Part shown: piece by piece, positions 38,084-48,440 of the stretch
Layout of the letters: each line of letters opens with the position of its first letter
Numbering within the stretch: position 1 is the stretch's first letter
DNA from: a virus
Virus record (IMG/VR): IMGVR_UViG_3300009370_000003
Length of the DNA: 64,000 nucleotides
Reading direction: 5' to 3' (one strand)
Notes under the pieces: model-generated
Told to the model about the DNA's origin: nothing
What the model saw: the letters and a program-made list of their open reading frames with translations, nothing else
Database searches by the model: none
Position numbers and translations under genes: made by a program

Positions 38084-39958
38084 TTAATATGAACTGGTAG
38101 AGGTAGTATTAAAACCTACACCAGCACTCGATTCACCACTTGCGATGGTGTCCACTTCAGCAGTCACTTTAATATCGTCACTAGAGATATCAATTAAGTT
38201 ACCTCGCTCTGCAACGATATCATTACCCGAAGGTATGACTGTGAAATCTATCGATGTATCAGTATTAACCGTTGAGGTTAAAATAATAGCATTGATAGTT
38301 ACTAACCCAGTGGAATAGTCAACTACTCCAGCTGCGTTGTCTTTATAAATCCGAGTTGACCCTGATAAGTAATACCTTCTTAAATTACCTTTTCCGTCAT
38401 CGTCAAAGTAATGAGTATTTACAGAATCCCCTCCGACTTTAAAACCACTTGTTACTGTAATCCCACCGGCCATTGCATTGTGACCTGAATGTGGGTTGTA
38501 TAATGCATTACCCAACGATAATGTGTATCCTAATGGATTTGCAGAAAGCGTTGGTTTTAATTTCTTCCTCAACCTTATGTTTGTTGTATTAGATAAGATT
38601 GAAGAATCGGCTGCATCGATTACCTTTGTTAAATTCGAATGTCTAAAGATTGCATCAAATCCATTTAGAAAATCTGTATCGAATTGATTAATTGTGTTCT
38701 TAGTCAATGTTGCAAGTTCTCCCGCAGTTAAGGTTGTTAGAGTTGGATTGTATTTAATTGTTGTAGATATAAGAATCTTAACAATATCAGCATCTATAAT
38801 CTCGGGCCTAACTGTCAACATGTTTAACTTCTTTAAGTTGTTCTTCACCATTGTCTTTTCTGTATCAGAAAGATAGTCAGCATTGTTTGGTTTTAATGCA
38901 ATGAATACTTTACCATATTGTGGTGGGTCATTATCTTCTCCACCCCAAACAGCAACTGCGTCTGCATTCGGATAATATTCTTGAACTTTTGCTTTGTAGT
39001 CATTAAGTGTGACTAATCTATTTTGTGAAGTATAGAATTTGGTTGCTTTAAATTTAATTGACTCGATTGATTCTTTCTCTGCACCACCTGTTGCTGCAGT
39101 TGTGGTGGCAATAGAAGAATCTGTAAATCCATTAACTGCAGATATTTGAGTAAACTTATTAGCTCCGTCAGCATGAAGATCATCAACAATAATATATTCT
39201 ACTGTAATTATATCTCCGTCTAGTAACCCAACACCTAATGTTCCGTCACCAAAATAAAGTTCTGTAAACCCTACTTCGTTTTCTTGAGTGTAATAAACTT
39301 TAGAAGTTGTGTCGATTGTTGATATATCAGTTGACAATGAGTAGGTAGAAGTTATCCCACCTGAATTAACATTAACTGTCATTCTTGTTTTGTCCACTCT
39401 TGCATTTGATAATACAAACTTAGAATTTGGAATTTGTTTATCAAATACGAATTGGTCTTGTGCAAAAGTTCCTTGAACTAAATCTATACCAGCATATGTA
39501 AAGGTTGTTCCGTCTACTGTTGGTGTATAAGTAGCTGCAGTTGCAAACTCATAGTTGGAACCTTCATAAGTTGTTCTAAATGTTGTTCCTCTTGGCATTA
39601 TCATTTCAGTTAGAGTCGGTATAGTTCCGTCTGCACTTCTACAATTCTTTAAAGTCATTGTTGCTATTGCTGTTGAAGCTTTTTCTGATGAAGGAGTAAA
39701 TCCTAAATCCTTTGCACGAGATACTACATTCTTTCTTATCTGTGCTGAATCTAAAAACAGTTCTGAAGCTGCTATGTTTGTGTTAATTGCACCTATGTGT
39801 GATGCATATGCAAGAAGGTCTACTAAAACTGCTAGTGATGACCCCTCGAAGTTATAGTCCCTGAATACCTCTTGACCTTTCAGATAGTTTTTAAGATTAT
39901 CTGTAATGTTATCAAAATCTAAATCAGTGACATTTATTTGTGAACTATTTACTGCCAT
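38084..39958 (-). CDS. gp6: Baseplate wedge subunit
   Basis: LDFDNI..NLK.YL, DYNFEGS, FLDSAQIR, QNRLVT..DY, WGGEDNDPPQYGKVFI. Confidence 0.95.
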   Translation of the reverse strand: MAVNSSQINVTDLDFDNITDNLKNYLKGQEVFRDYNFEGSSLAVLVDLLAYASHIGAINTNIAASELFLDSAQIRKNVVSRAKDLGFTPSSEKASTAIATMTLKNCRSADGTIPTLTEMIMPRGTTFRTTYEGSNYEFATAATYTPTVDGTTFTYAGIDLVQGTFAQDQFVFDKQIPNSKFVLSNARVDKTRMTVNVNSGGITSTYSLSTDISTIDTTSKVYYTQENEVGFTELYFGDGTLGVGLLDGDIITVEYIIVDDLHADGANKFTQISAVNGFTDSSIATTTAATGGAEKESIESIKFKATKFYTSQNRLVTLNDYKAKVQEYYPNADAVAVWGGEDNDPPQYGKVFIALKPNNADYLSDTEKTMVKNNLKKLNMLTVRPEIIDADIVKILISTTIKYNPTLTTLTAGELATLTKNTINQFDTDFLNGFDAIFRHSNLTKVIDAADSSILSNTTNIRLRKKLKPTLSANPLGYTLSLGNALYNPHSGHNAMAGGITVTSGFKVGGDSVNTHYFDDDGKGNLRRYYLSGSTRIYKDNAAGVVDYSTGLVTINAIILTSTVNTDTSIDFTVIPSGNDIVAERGNLIDISSDDIKVTAEVDTIASGESSAGVGFNTTSTSSY

Positions 39959-40374
39959 TATCGTACCCTATTTACTGTGAATTGAATCTCTTGATTGTTT
40001 AGACCATTTTTAATACTATAGTAGACGGTAACATCTAAAGAATTGTCTTCAACTCGAAATGTGCATCTCACATCTTCAACTCTAGGCTCAAATATCATAA
40101 TTGCTTTTGCCATTTGTTTTCTAGCCCGTCTAACTTGTCTATCGGTGTCCAATTCAAATAATAGACCCCTGACATTTCCACCTAAACTTGGTTTAAATGG
40201 TCTCTCATAGTAGTTTGTTAATACAATATTCCTAACTGCTCTACGAACTGCGTCTGAATCAGACTTAGTTGCAACATCTCCAGTTATTGGGTGTGCGGTA
40301 AAAAACAAATCAAGGTCTTTATATGCTTCCTTGACTGCAACATTTTTACCTTTGTTTACTACATAGTCGACCAT
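39958..40374 (-). CDS. gp25: Baseplate wedge subunit
   Basis: YKDLDL.F..HP.T.D, NIVLTNYYERPF.P, FEPRV. Confidence 0.92.
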   Translation of the reverse strand: MVDYVVNKGKNVAVKEAYKDLDLFFTAHPITGDVATKSDSDAVRRAVRNIVLTNYYERPFKPSLGGNVRGLLFELDTDRQVRRARKQMAKAIMIFEPRVEDVRCTFRVEDNSLDVTVYYSIKNGLNNQEIQFTVNRVR

Positions 40375-40379
40375 AATAC

Positions 40380-40387
40380 TATTTATA
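40380..40387 (-). promoter_or_regulatory. Late promoter TATAAATA upstream of gp25
   Basis: Exact consensus. Confidence 0.7.
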
Positions 40388-40404
40388 CTCCGTTAACATC
40401 TTTT

Positions 40405-41832
40405 CTATGAAGGTTTCTTAGTTTCTGCTGGAGCTCCTGAACCAGCACCACCCGCTCCACTAAAGTAATTGTGTGTATGAGTTGCAAGTGTTGGAGCATT
40501 TCCTGCCTTAGTATCAATATCACCTTGGGCAGTAATTGTTGAATCGTTAGTTTGTTTACCAGTTATATGAACTGTTCCATCAACTGTTAAGTTTGTAGTC
40601 ATTAATGTTTCAGGTGAAGTGAAGGTAGTGTTACCCACTACATCTGCATTTAATGTTCCGCCTATCTGTGCGTCAACATTACCTAGTGTCACATCTAACC
40701 ATACATTTCCTTCTGATACTGTTGTTTTCATATCACCTTTTGTAACCTCTGTATTAACATCACCTTGCAATACCTTCATATCAACATCACCTGTATTGAC
40801 ATTAATAGTGACATGACCTTTCTCTACAGTTATGTCAGCGTTCCCAGCAATAAATAGTTTGTCGTCCTTTGCAATTACTTCCCATTTATCATTTACTATT
40901 CGTGTTGACTCTGTTCCATCAGGGTGAATCTCATGGAATGTTCCTGACCTATGGTATAAGTTAATCCTCTCTGCACCTTTTGTATCGTCTACCTCGAATA
41001 CATGTCCACTCTCTGTTTCTGTAACTTTATTATATGGGTATACTGGTTTTGCTACAGTGTCTATCCATAACTTCTCATCACTACGAGGGTATTGTCCACC
41101 CTTTGGTTTTACTGCACTGGTATCAATATCATTCCATGCTGTCGCAGCGTCTTCGTCCTTCGAAGTTGCAGATAAAAGTTTAGTTGATAATATTAATTCG
41201 TTTAAAGAAGACTTCTTCTTTAGTTCTCCTTCTGTAAAGACTCCTCTTGTATAAGGTGAGTAATCTGAGCTGTCTGTATATAATGGATACCAAGGTAAGT
41301 CTTCCTTTGTTAATTCTCTTTCCTCTATTGTTGACCCAGTTCCGTCATAGTTGACTTCAATTTTTGCTGGATTAACTGGTGCGGTATCCATTGCAGTTGT
41401 AAGACCCCAACCTCTTCTTGAATCCTGAACTGGGTTTGGCATTTCAGAAGTATCTTTATAATCGTCAACGGTTAATTGTCTAGGGTCATTAAATCCTTTC
41501 TCTACATCTCTTGTTATTAATTCGTCTGTGATAGATTCTTTATACCCAACTTGTGGTATACCAGCTGCAGTTCCAAGAATTATTGGGTCTTGTTTTGCAG
41601 CGTCTCTAAAGTATCCAAATACCGTAGACCCCTCTACAAGTCCATGGCCTGTTCCTATTCCTGATAGACCAGCAGAAGTTGTTGGAAGGATAACCTGACA
41701 CCATGGTAAGTCTGCAGTTGCAATTAAAGTCTTTTCGTCTGTATGTATCCCGTGTATGCGCACGCGCACGCGACCCACTTGTAATGGGTCTTGTCTGTCT
41801 TCAACTATTCCGTAAAAGTAATCCATTACCAC
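40405..41832 (-). CDS. gp5: Baseplate central spike (gp5-like, no lysozyme domain)
   Basis: GIVEDRQDP...GRVRVRI.G.H OB fold, YPYNKVTETESGH.FE.DDT, a beta-helix and C-terminal LATHTH. Confidence 0.9.
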   Translation of the reverse strand: MVMDYFYGIVEDRQDPLQVGRVRVRIHGIHTDEKTLIATADLPWCQVILPTTSAGLSGIGTGHGLVEGSTVFGYFRDAAKQDPIILGTAAGIPQVGYKESITDELITRDVEKGFNDPRQLTVDDYKDTSEMPNPVQDSRRGWGLTTAMDTAPVNPAKIEVNYDGTGSTIEERELTKEDLPWYPLYTDSSDYSPYTRGVFTEGELKKKSSLNELILSTKLLSATSKDEDAATAWNDIDTSAVKPKGGQYPRSDEKLWIDTVAKPVYPYNKVTETESGHVFEVDDTKGAERINLYHRSGTFHEIHPDGTESTRIVNDKWEVIAKDDKLFIAGNADITVEKGHVTINVNTGDVDMKVLQGDVNTEVTKGDMKTTVSEGNVWLDVTLGNVDAQIGGTLNADVVGNTTFTSPETLMTTNLTVDGTVHITGKQTNDSTITAQGDIDTKAGNAPTLATHTHNYFSGAGGAGSGAPAETKKPS

Positions 41833-43286
41833 ACTGCCTCTTCGGGTTCTATTTCTGGCCCTGTTCCTTCGTCAAGTGGTTTAGCATCTTCTACTTTCTT
41901 TGCATAACTCTCTTTAACACATTCTATATGAAGCATACCCGCCTTTTCTACTGGTGAAGCTGACAGTTTAATATCAGTAATTAGATATCTATCGTCATTT
42001 ACTTTATCATACTTATCACCCTCACCCATAATTTCAGGTGTAGGTATTAGTAATTTGATTATCATACCAACAGATAAATCTGTTCTTAATGGTATGGTGA
42101 GTATCATTCTATGTTGTTGTAATATTTCTAACAGAGCTCTTCTTTCTAGTATTCCACTATCGTTTAATTTCCTTGCTTCAAATACTTCGGGGTCTGATAG
42201 TTTGTCTACATTATCAAATGAATGTTGATTGTGATAATCATTAATAATTAATGAATCATATTCTTGAGTTGGTTGAAGGTCTATATCAATTTCATCTATT
42301 GAAGGAGACATTTCTCTATCAACTATCTCTCCAGCTGTTAATACTCTTTCCATATCATCGGTCATTAACATAATGTGTCCCGATACATGATTTCCCTTTT
42401 TCATTGCAGTCTCTAGACTAAAGATATTTTCTTCTTCTAATTTTCGTATGGGGTCATATACCTTTAAAGTAGATGCATATGCACCACCAACCGTTGCTTG
42501 AAGTGTATCAAACAACTGTGGTTTCTTATACACATCAATCATTGTATTAAGACCATCAGGCGCATTTATATTTTCTGTTTCTGTTTCCGTTGTATTTCTA
42601 GGAAACTGGGAAAATGGAATTGGGAATTCCATGGAACACATAGTGTCCATACTTTGAAATCTAAACCCACCGTTCATGGTTTGAAAAAAGAACATACCAT
42701 TTTTATATGCATGTGATTCGCTTGTTTGTGAATTGTTAACAATGTAATCTGTTATTTGTGCAACAGACCAGTTAGGGGAAATAAATTGTTTGTTTTCAGG
42801 AATGGTTTGTTCCCATGCGTCAAATTCGTCAACTCTAAACTTTCCAACATCTACTAAAACATTTTGAAGTATTTGATCATACCTTCCACGAAGGGTTTGG
42901 CTTAGTCTCTTTCTTCTTGCATAAAACATTCTAGGGTCACATATTCTCATTACATAAGTTTGTGTTAACTCATCGACTCTGTTAAGATTATCTATTTTGT
43001 ATACTCTAAAAGTTTTGTCTATTGAGAATTGGTCTTCTGACTTTTCGTCTAATCCTTCTTTCTGCCTAATTGCAATTCGGATATACTCTTGTCCTGTTAA
43101 TCTAAAGTTTTTTGGTAGATTAAGACCGTCTATTATATGCACTTCCCCAGTAAGAAATTTATTGTATATAGATTCATAGATAGTAAAGTTAGAACATAAT
43201 TGACTTATGTCTAACGATTCTTGATATTGATTTATTAAGGTGAAGGAATCTATAAAGAACTCACCTGCTACATAATTCCCACTCAT
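41826..43286 (-). CDS. Baseplate hub protein (gp27-like)
   Basis: IYESI....LTG...I.D, FFFQT..GFRFQS, RYLIT; lies between gp53 and gp5. Confidence 0.65.
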   Translation of the reverse strand: MSGNYVAGEFFIDSFTLINQYQESLDISQLCSNFTIYESIYNKFLTGEVHIIDGLNLPKNFRLTGQEYIRIAIRQKEGLDEKSEDQFSIDKTFRVYKIDNLNRVDELTQTYVMRICDPRMFYARRKRLSQTLRGRYDQILQNVLVDVGKFRVDEFDAWEQTIPENKQFISPNWSVAQITDYIVNNSQTSESHAYKNGMFFFQTMNGGFRFQSMDTMCSMEFPIPFSQFPRNTTETETENINAPDGLNTMIDVYKKPQLFDTLQATVGGAYASTLKVYDPIRKLEEENIFSLETAMKKGNHVSGHIMLMTDDMERVLTAGEIVDREMSPSIDEIDIDLQPTQEYDSLIINDYHNQHSFDNVDKLSDPEVFEARKLNDSGILERRALLEILQQHRMILTIPLRTDLSVGMIIKLLIPTPEIMGEGDKYDKVNDDRYLITDIKLSASPVEKAGMLHIECVKESYAKKVEDAKPLDEGTGPEIEPEEAVW

Positions 43287-44065
43287 GACTTCATTACTTG
43301 CTCAAACTGGGTAACAACTTTGTCAATCATAGCTGGTCTGATGATTTTAATTTTTCTCTTCTCTTCATTTGCTTCAAACTCAGCTTCCCAATGAGTTTTT
43401 GGTAAGTATCCTGATTTAAAATTATTTCTCTTAAGATTACCAAGATAGTAATGGTCAATTCCATCTACCATGTCTATAACAGAAGTTGGTGTAAAGGAAT
43501 GTCGGTATAACTCAGCTTGGCCATACCTTGTCAAGCTTGATGTACCTGTAATTGTCTTTGAAGAAAAATCTCCTACCACATCACCTATTGCTAGTCTATT
43601 ATGGGTAGGGTCTAGTTTAATGACTATCCCTGTTGCATCTGTTGCTGTTACTGTTTCTCCTATTAGAAATTTACTTACTATAGGAGGTTCTCCTGTCCGT
43701 GATATTAAGTCTGTGCTTGCACTGGCAACAGCATACTTCCCTCTATATTTATGGGACATATATTTTTGAAATGTAGCTTGGTCTTTCCACCAGTCGTAAT
43801 AATTTGCCCAATCATTTACTAAAAAGAATACCCAGTGTAAGTCACCATTACCGTAAAGTTTAGTTGCAACCACATCAGGTCTATCACCTTCTTCCAACTC
43901 ATAGTATGTGTAATCGACAATGGCTTCTTTGGCCCCAGTTGAGATTGCAGATTTACGAAAGAAATCTTTAATAGTAATAATCTTGCCGTCAGACAATTTG
44001 TATTGCATTTCAGGAAAGTTTTTAAAAAATTGTTTAGCCATTATCCGCCTCCGTCTTGACCCCAA
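43283..44065 (-). CDS. gp53: Baseplate wedge subunit
   Basis: FF..FP...Y, GDRPDVVA.KLYG...LHWV, E...NEEKRKIKIIRP. True start probably MAKQ. Confidence 0.88.
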   Translation of the reverse strand: MGSRRRRIMAKQFFKNFPEMQYKLSDGKIITIKDFFRKSAISTGAKEAIVDYTYYELEEGDRPDVVATKLYGNGDLHWVFFLVNDWANYYDWWKDQATFQKYMSHKYRGKYAVASASTDLISRTGEPPIVSKFLIGETVTATDATGIVIKLDPTHNRLAIGDVVGDFSSKTITGTSSLTRYGQAELYRHSFTPTSVIDMVDGIDHYYLGNLKRNNFKSGYLPKTHWEAEFEANEEKRKIKIIRPAMIDKVVTQFEQVMKS

Positions 44066-45189
44066 AGTTTACCGTCATCTGTTCCCGCGGTGTCGTTTAA
44101 TAAACTTGGGGAACCAGTTGAGTCTACCATTCCGCCCGGCCCTCTTACTGAATTGGCTTTTGCCTTCATTGATTTCGGCCCAACCTTCTCGTTATAAACT
44201 TCTTGAGACATAATCTTGATTTCAGAAAACGATAATTCTATTTTAGTTGCTAAAGGCCAGACCTTTTCACCGTCTGAAATCAATCCTTCTGAATTTCCAT
44301 TAAAGGTATTTACAGTCATATCTTTTAAAACCATAGGTAAGAATCCTTCTATTTGATCTTGGACTCCTCCTTCTGGGCCTTCAATATGAACATCAAAAAC
44401 ATTTGGATAGTTAAAGAAGTTTTCGTTTGCAGATTCTTTATCCGCTGCAAAGGTATCAGGTAACATTGCAAGTCTAAATATGTTTACAATCTTTTGAACC
44501 ATTATTGCCTCTTTTGAATTCCTTGGCATAAATTCCCACTCAAAAGAATGGTCTCTAAAAGTTATACCTTCTAGGAACTGTTCTTCCATAGGATTAGAAG
44601 CCATACCTGCTTTAAGGTTTCTAATACCACCTGTCATACTATCACCTAGTTTATTAATAAAGCCTTTAATCACATTACCAGCTTCGTCTAACATGCCGTC
44701 TACTTTCTCACCTTCCTTCTTATTCAAAGCACTATCAACTCCTCTTGCTATTGCTCCAACACCCTCAGCTTTATAAGTAGTTGTCGATTGTTGAACTATG
44801 TCCTCGGGGAGATACAGTGCAATAGAGAATGTTTCTTTCGAAAGAAAGTTTCCACCAGCCCTTTTCTTTCTTGGTCGAGTTTCAAAGACCACATAATAAT
44901 CATACCCACCTTGCATAGGATATTGTAATTCAGTCATTGATAGTTCAGGTGGTTTTTTAGCAACTGTGTTTGCTTTGTTTACACTGGATAGTTGTTTTTC
45001 TAAACTACCTCTTCGTTCTTCTAATTTTCTTCTATTCTCTTCTGCTTGTTCTTGGAGTTTATCTACCTCTTCGGTATTAACTCCACCCTTGTACCCAGCT
45101 TGCTGAATCTTTGCTTTGATTCCTTTTGCCGACTTTAGTGCTTGGGAGGCTTGGTTTACTTTGTTTAATAATTTATTAATGTTTGGCAT
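44041..45189 (-). CDS. gp48: Baseplate tail tube cap
   Basis: IALYLP, NPMEEQFLEGITFR.HSF.W.F.PRN..EA, LSFSEI. Confidence 0.85.
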   Translation of the reverse strand: MPNINKLLNKVNQASQALKSAKGIKAKIQQAGYKGGVNTEEVDKLQEQAEENRRKLEERRGSLEKQLSSVNKANTVAKKPPELSMTELQYPMQGGYDYYVVFETRPRKKRAGGNFLSKETFSIALYLPEDIVQQSTTTYKAEGVGAIARGVDSALNKKEGEKVDGMLDEAGNVIKGFINKLGDSMTGGIRNLKAGMASNPMEEQFLEGITFRDHSFEWEFMPRNSKEAIMVQKIVNIFRLAMLPDTFAADKESANENFFNYPNVFDVHIEGPEGGVQDQIEGFLPMVLKDMTVNTFNGNSEGLISDGEKVWPLATKIELSFSEIKIMSQEVYNEKVGPKSMKAKANSVRGPGGMVDSTGSPSLLNDTAGTDDGKLWGQDGGG

Positions 45190-45196
45190 ATAAATA
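45189..45196 (+). promoter_or_regulatory. Late promoter TATAAATA for the divergent gp4 operon
   Basis: Exact consensus about 40 nt upstream of gp4. Confidence 0.7.
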
Positions 45197-45234
45197 TCTC
45201 TATAGAAGTCTTTATTTGGTGTTATAATCTATTT

Positions 45235-45687
45235 ATGTCATACAGTGGTAAGTTTAAACCAAAGAACTATAAAAAATATAAGGGAGACCCTACAAAAATC
45301 TTTTACAGGTCTTTATGGGAACGCAGATTCATGGTTTACTGCGATAATAATCCCAATATTATAGAATGGGGAAGTGAAGAAATCATAATTCCTTATCGTT
45401 CTCCTGTAGATAAAAAAGTCCATAGATACTTTCCTGATTTCTATATTAAATATCAAAATAGTAAAGGTGAAGTCCTTAGAGAAATCGTTGAGGTTAAACC
45501 AAAGGCTCAATGTCTACCACCTAAAGAACCTAAAAGGAAAACAAGAAAATATAGGAATAAAGTCATCACCTATATAATCAACCAAGCAAAATTTAAAGCA
45601 GCTGGTGACTATTGTAGAGATAGAAAAATGGGATTCAGAATTCTAACCGAAGACCACCTAGTCCCCAAGAGTAAAAGAAAAAAATGA
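45235..45687 (+). CDS. gp4: Head completion nuclease
   Basis: YSGKFKPKN..KY.GDP, YRSLWE, HRYFPDF, EVKP. Confidence 0.93.
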   Translation: MSYSGKFKPKNYKKYKGDPTKIFYRSLWERRFMVYCDNNPNIIEWGSEEIIIPYRSPVDKKVHRYFPDFYIKYQNSKGEVLREIVEVKPKAQCLPPKEPKRKTRKYRNKVITYIINQAKFKAAGDYCRDRKMGFRILTEDHLVPKSKRKK

Positions 45688-46274
45688 GTAAATTATTTGT
45701 ATTTGATTTGGACGGAGTTCTTATTAACTCCCTACTTAACATGAAGAATGCATGGGACGCCGTAAGGGTGAAACATGAGATTGAAATCCCATTCCGATAT
45801 TATAAAGCACAAATAGGTAAACCCTTCCCTGACATTATGAGTGAACTAGGATTGTTTGATAAACACCTAGAGATATATGACACCTATAAAACATATTCTC
45901 AAATGAACATTCACACTATTCCTATGTATGAGGGTGTTAATGAAACTCTAAACGAATTAAAAGACCAAGGTCATAAGATTGCACTATGCACTTCTAAAAC
46001 AAAAGAAACCACTAACATACTCTTAAGTAAATTCCCTAAATTTGATTATGTCTGTTGTCCACAAAAAGGCCTTCGTGGTAAACCAGCACCTGACCAATTA
46101 CTATACACTATTGCCATGTGTAATGTTGACCCTAAAGACACAATTTATATTGGAGACATGATGCCTGACCTACAATGTGCTGTTAGAGCTGGTGTCCATT
46201 TCGAATATGCAGAATGGGGATTTGGAGAATTAAAATGCGAGCACTCGCTGAAGTCGATTACAAATCTGATTTAG
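45684..46274 (+). CDS. HAD-family phosphatase
   Basis: FDLDGVL, CTSK, KPAP and YIGD...D motifs. Confidence 0.9.
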   Translation: MSKLFVFDLDGVLINSLLNMKNAWDAVRVKHEIEIPFRYYKAQIGKPFPDIMSELGLFDKHLEIYDTYKTYSQMNIHTIPMYEGVNETLNELKDQGHKIALCTSKTKETTNILLSKFPKFDYVCCPQKGLRGKPAPDQLLYTIAMCNVDPKDTIYIGDMMPDLQCAVRAGVHFEYAEWGFGELKCEHSLKSITNLI

Positions 46275-46963
46275 TTATTGGGTTAATTCCCGCGAGGTGG
46301 AAATCAACTCGGTTCGAAGGGAAACCACTTGTAGATATAGCGGGTGTGCCTATGATACGAAGGGTATATGACCGTGCAAGTATTGCTAATCACTTAGACC
46401 AAGTCATTGTCCTTACAGACGACATGAGAATTAATGACTATTGTCAACTGAATCAAATGACATGTATTGTAATAGAAGAAGATTGCCGAACTGGAACAGA
46501 CCGTTGCGCTCACGCTCTGAAATTATTGGAGGGTAGTCTCTTTGTAAACATTCAAGGAGACGAACCCTTGATTAATCCTTCTGCAATAGACAATCTTATA
46601 GAAAATTTCGATAATAATATAGGTGTTGCAAATGCATATACTAAAATTGACCAAGATTATAAACTAAATGACAGAAATGTTGTAAAAGTTGTGTTTGATA
46701 AGGCAAAAAATGCGCTTTATTACAGTAGATTACCTATATCAGACTACCAACAGCTGGGATTATATGCCTTTAACCGCGGTATGCTGGACGCCTTTCCTAA
46801 ATTTACCCTAGGAGAACTGGAAATTGACGAATCTATCGAAATGTTGAGGTATCTTGAGAACGGATTTGATGTTAAAATGGTTGAAGTCGAAGATGAGGGC
46901 CTTTCCGTAGATACTCCTAACGATTTAAAGCTGGTTGAACTAAAAATTAAGGGATATCACTAA
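46214..46963 (+). CDS. kdsB: CMP-Kdo synthetase (3-deoxy-manno-octulosonate cytidylyltransferase)
   Basis: IPARWKSTRFEGKPL, TGTDR, NIQGDEP, EMLRYLENG, VDTP.DL. Confidence 0.88.
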   Translation: MGIWRIKMRALAEVDYKSDLVIGLIPARWKSTRFEGKPLVDIAGVPMIRRVYDRASIANHLDQVIVLTDDMRINDYCQLNQMTCIVIEEDCRTGTDRCAHALKLLEGSLFVNIQGDEPLINPSAIDNLIENFDNNIGVANAYTKIDQDYKLNDRNVVKVVFDKAKNALYYSRLPISDYQQLGLYAFNRGMLDAFPKFTLGELEIDESIEMLRYLENGFDVKMVEVEDEGLSVDTPNDLKLVELKIKGYH

Positions 46964-47847
46964 TGGAACACATACATTTAAACGCACATAAGGTAAAATA
47001 CTATGAAAATGGTGAGCAACCTTCTAGTTATCACCAACGAGACCCCGTAGCAGTAGAAGAAGTCAAACAAAAGTTCGAAGAAGTGTCAAAAGTCGGCCAT
47101 CCTAAGATAATAACACTGCATGAAGCCCAAAAAGAAGGCATAGTTCAGACTAAAGGGTATTATAACGACAAACCAATGACCCCTTTAGAGGCATATGGTT
47201 ATGTATGGCTTGATAATGCCTATAAAACAGAATATCCTGACCCAAAAACAGCTAAAGGCCAAGAGTGGAGTGACTTTTTAATGAAACCAATCGAAAATCA
47301 AGTGTTTCATTGCATTAAGATACAATGGTTAGTCAATATCATACAAACAGAGGGCCTTTATTCTTGTCCTCAAGCGGTATTAAGAAAATCTCAATGGTTT
47401 GTCCATCCCGGCCAGTTCAGAGTTCATGCTATTACCTATACTGACTGTAATGAAGAGTTCATTGTTTGGGATACTAAGAATATTTTACCTCAACCCGAAA
47501 TAGATTATGAAGAATGGTGGTCTAGATACAGTCACCATACAGATAAAGGTTTATTTGCAGCAGTCTTTGAAGATATTGTAGAAATGCATGTCGGAGAATA
47601 TCGCCAAGACCTATATGATAAGGTTGCTGGTGGGATAGATTGCTTCCAAGGTGTTAAACCAATACTCGAAGGAACATGTGACGAGAGCATAGCACATTTA
47701 TTCACCCATGGAACATACGAGGGCCACGGGATAGGGATTGTAGGACACTTTACCTTTGAAGATTTACAACATGTATGTGACTTCCACCCAACAAAGCAAT
47801 ATATTGGCAAAGAAAACTTTACTTTGTATAACAATTATCATAAATAA
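46963..47847 (+). CDS. Hypothetical protein, paralogue of the glycosyltransferase N-terminal domain
   Basis: FHCIKIQWLVNIIQTEGL...VHPGQFR resembles YHAAKAHWLINNIQKEGL...IHPGSIR in 11939..13567. Confidence 0.65.
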   Translation: MEHIHLNAHKVKYYENGEQPSSYHQRDPVAVEEVKQKFEEVSKVGHPKIITLHEAQKEGIVQTKGYYNDKPMTPLEAYGYVWLDNAYKTEYPDPKTAKGQEWSDFLMKPIENQVFHCIKIQWLVNIIQTEGLYSCPQAVLRKSQWFVHPGQFRVHAITYTDCNEEFIVWDTKNILPQPEIDYEEWWSRYSHHTDKGLFAAVFEDIVEMHVGEYRQDLYDKVAGGIDCFQGVKPILEGTCDESIAHLFTHGTYEGHGIGIVGHFTFEDLQHVCDFHPTKQYIGKENFTLYNNYHK

Positions 47848-47852
47848 TAGAT

Positions 47853-48440
47853 ATGGCAAGTCTATTTTCAGATATAATTGGTCAAAAGCCAGAAGAGATT
47901 GAAGCTCAAACCTTCAACTCGTTAGAATGGTTCCAAAAGAATGTAAGGGATATCCGTAGGAGTCCCGATAAGCTGTTAAAAGAAAATCAAAACTTTGTCA
48001 CTCGATTTGAGTTAGGTAAAATGTATATGTTTATGTATGATGCTAAACGGCAAGATACATTGAAGTATTACGATTACTTTCCTCTCTCAATTTGTTTGAG
48101 AAGATATCCAACTGGTTTTCTAGGTGCAAATTTACATTACATTGCACCGAAATACAGAGCATTACTAATGGACGCATTGTATCAGTATATCGAGATAGAC
48201 GAGACAACCGAGGAAGCTTATTTTAGGGTTAGATACCCTATGATTAAAAGCATTAGTAGGTTGAGGTGGGCAAAACCCTGTTTAAAACAATACCAATATG
48301 GTTATATAAACAGTAGGATTGTTGAAGTTCAACCTGAAGCAATGGACATGGTAGTTATGCTACCAAGTCATAAATTTAAATCAAAGGGAACTAACTTTAA
48401 TGCAAATATAGTTCACCGAGAAAGTTTAGGAAAGACATGA
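47853..48440 (+). CDS. gp2: DNA end protector protein
   Basis: GKMYMFMYDAK....LKYYDYFPL, GFLGANLHY, KPCLKQY. Confidence 0.9.
   Translation: MASLFSDIIGQKPEEIEAQTFNSLEWFQKNVRDIRRSPDKLLKENQNFVTRFELGKMYMFMYDAKRQDTLKYYDYFPLSICLRRYPTGFLGANLHYIAPKYRALLMDALYQYIEIDETTEEAYFRVRYPMIKSISRLRWAKPCLKQYQYGYINSRIVEVQPEAMDMVVMLPSHKFKSKGTNFNANIVHRESLGKT

Noticed and set aside
45235-45687. TnsA transposase or homing endonuclease
   Set aside because: Motifs and position fit T4 gp4; no transposon ends.
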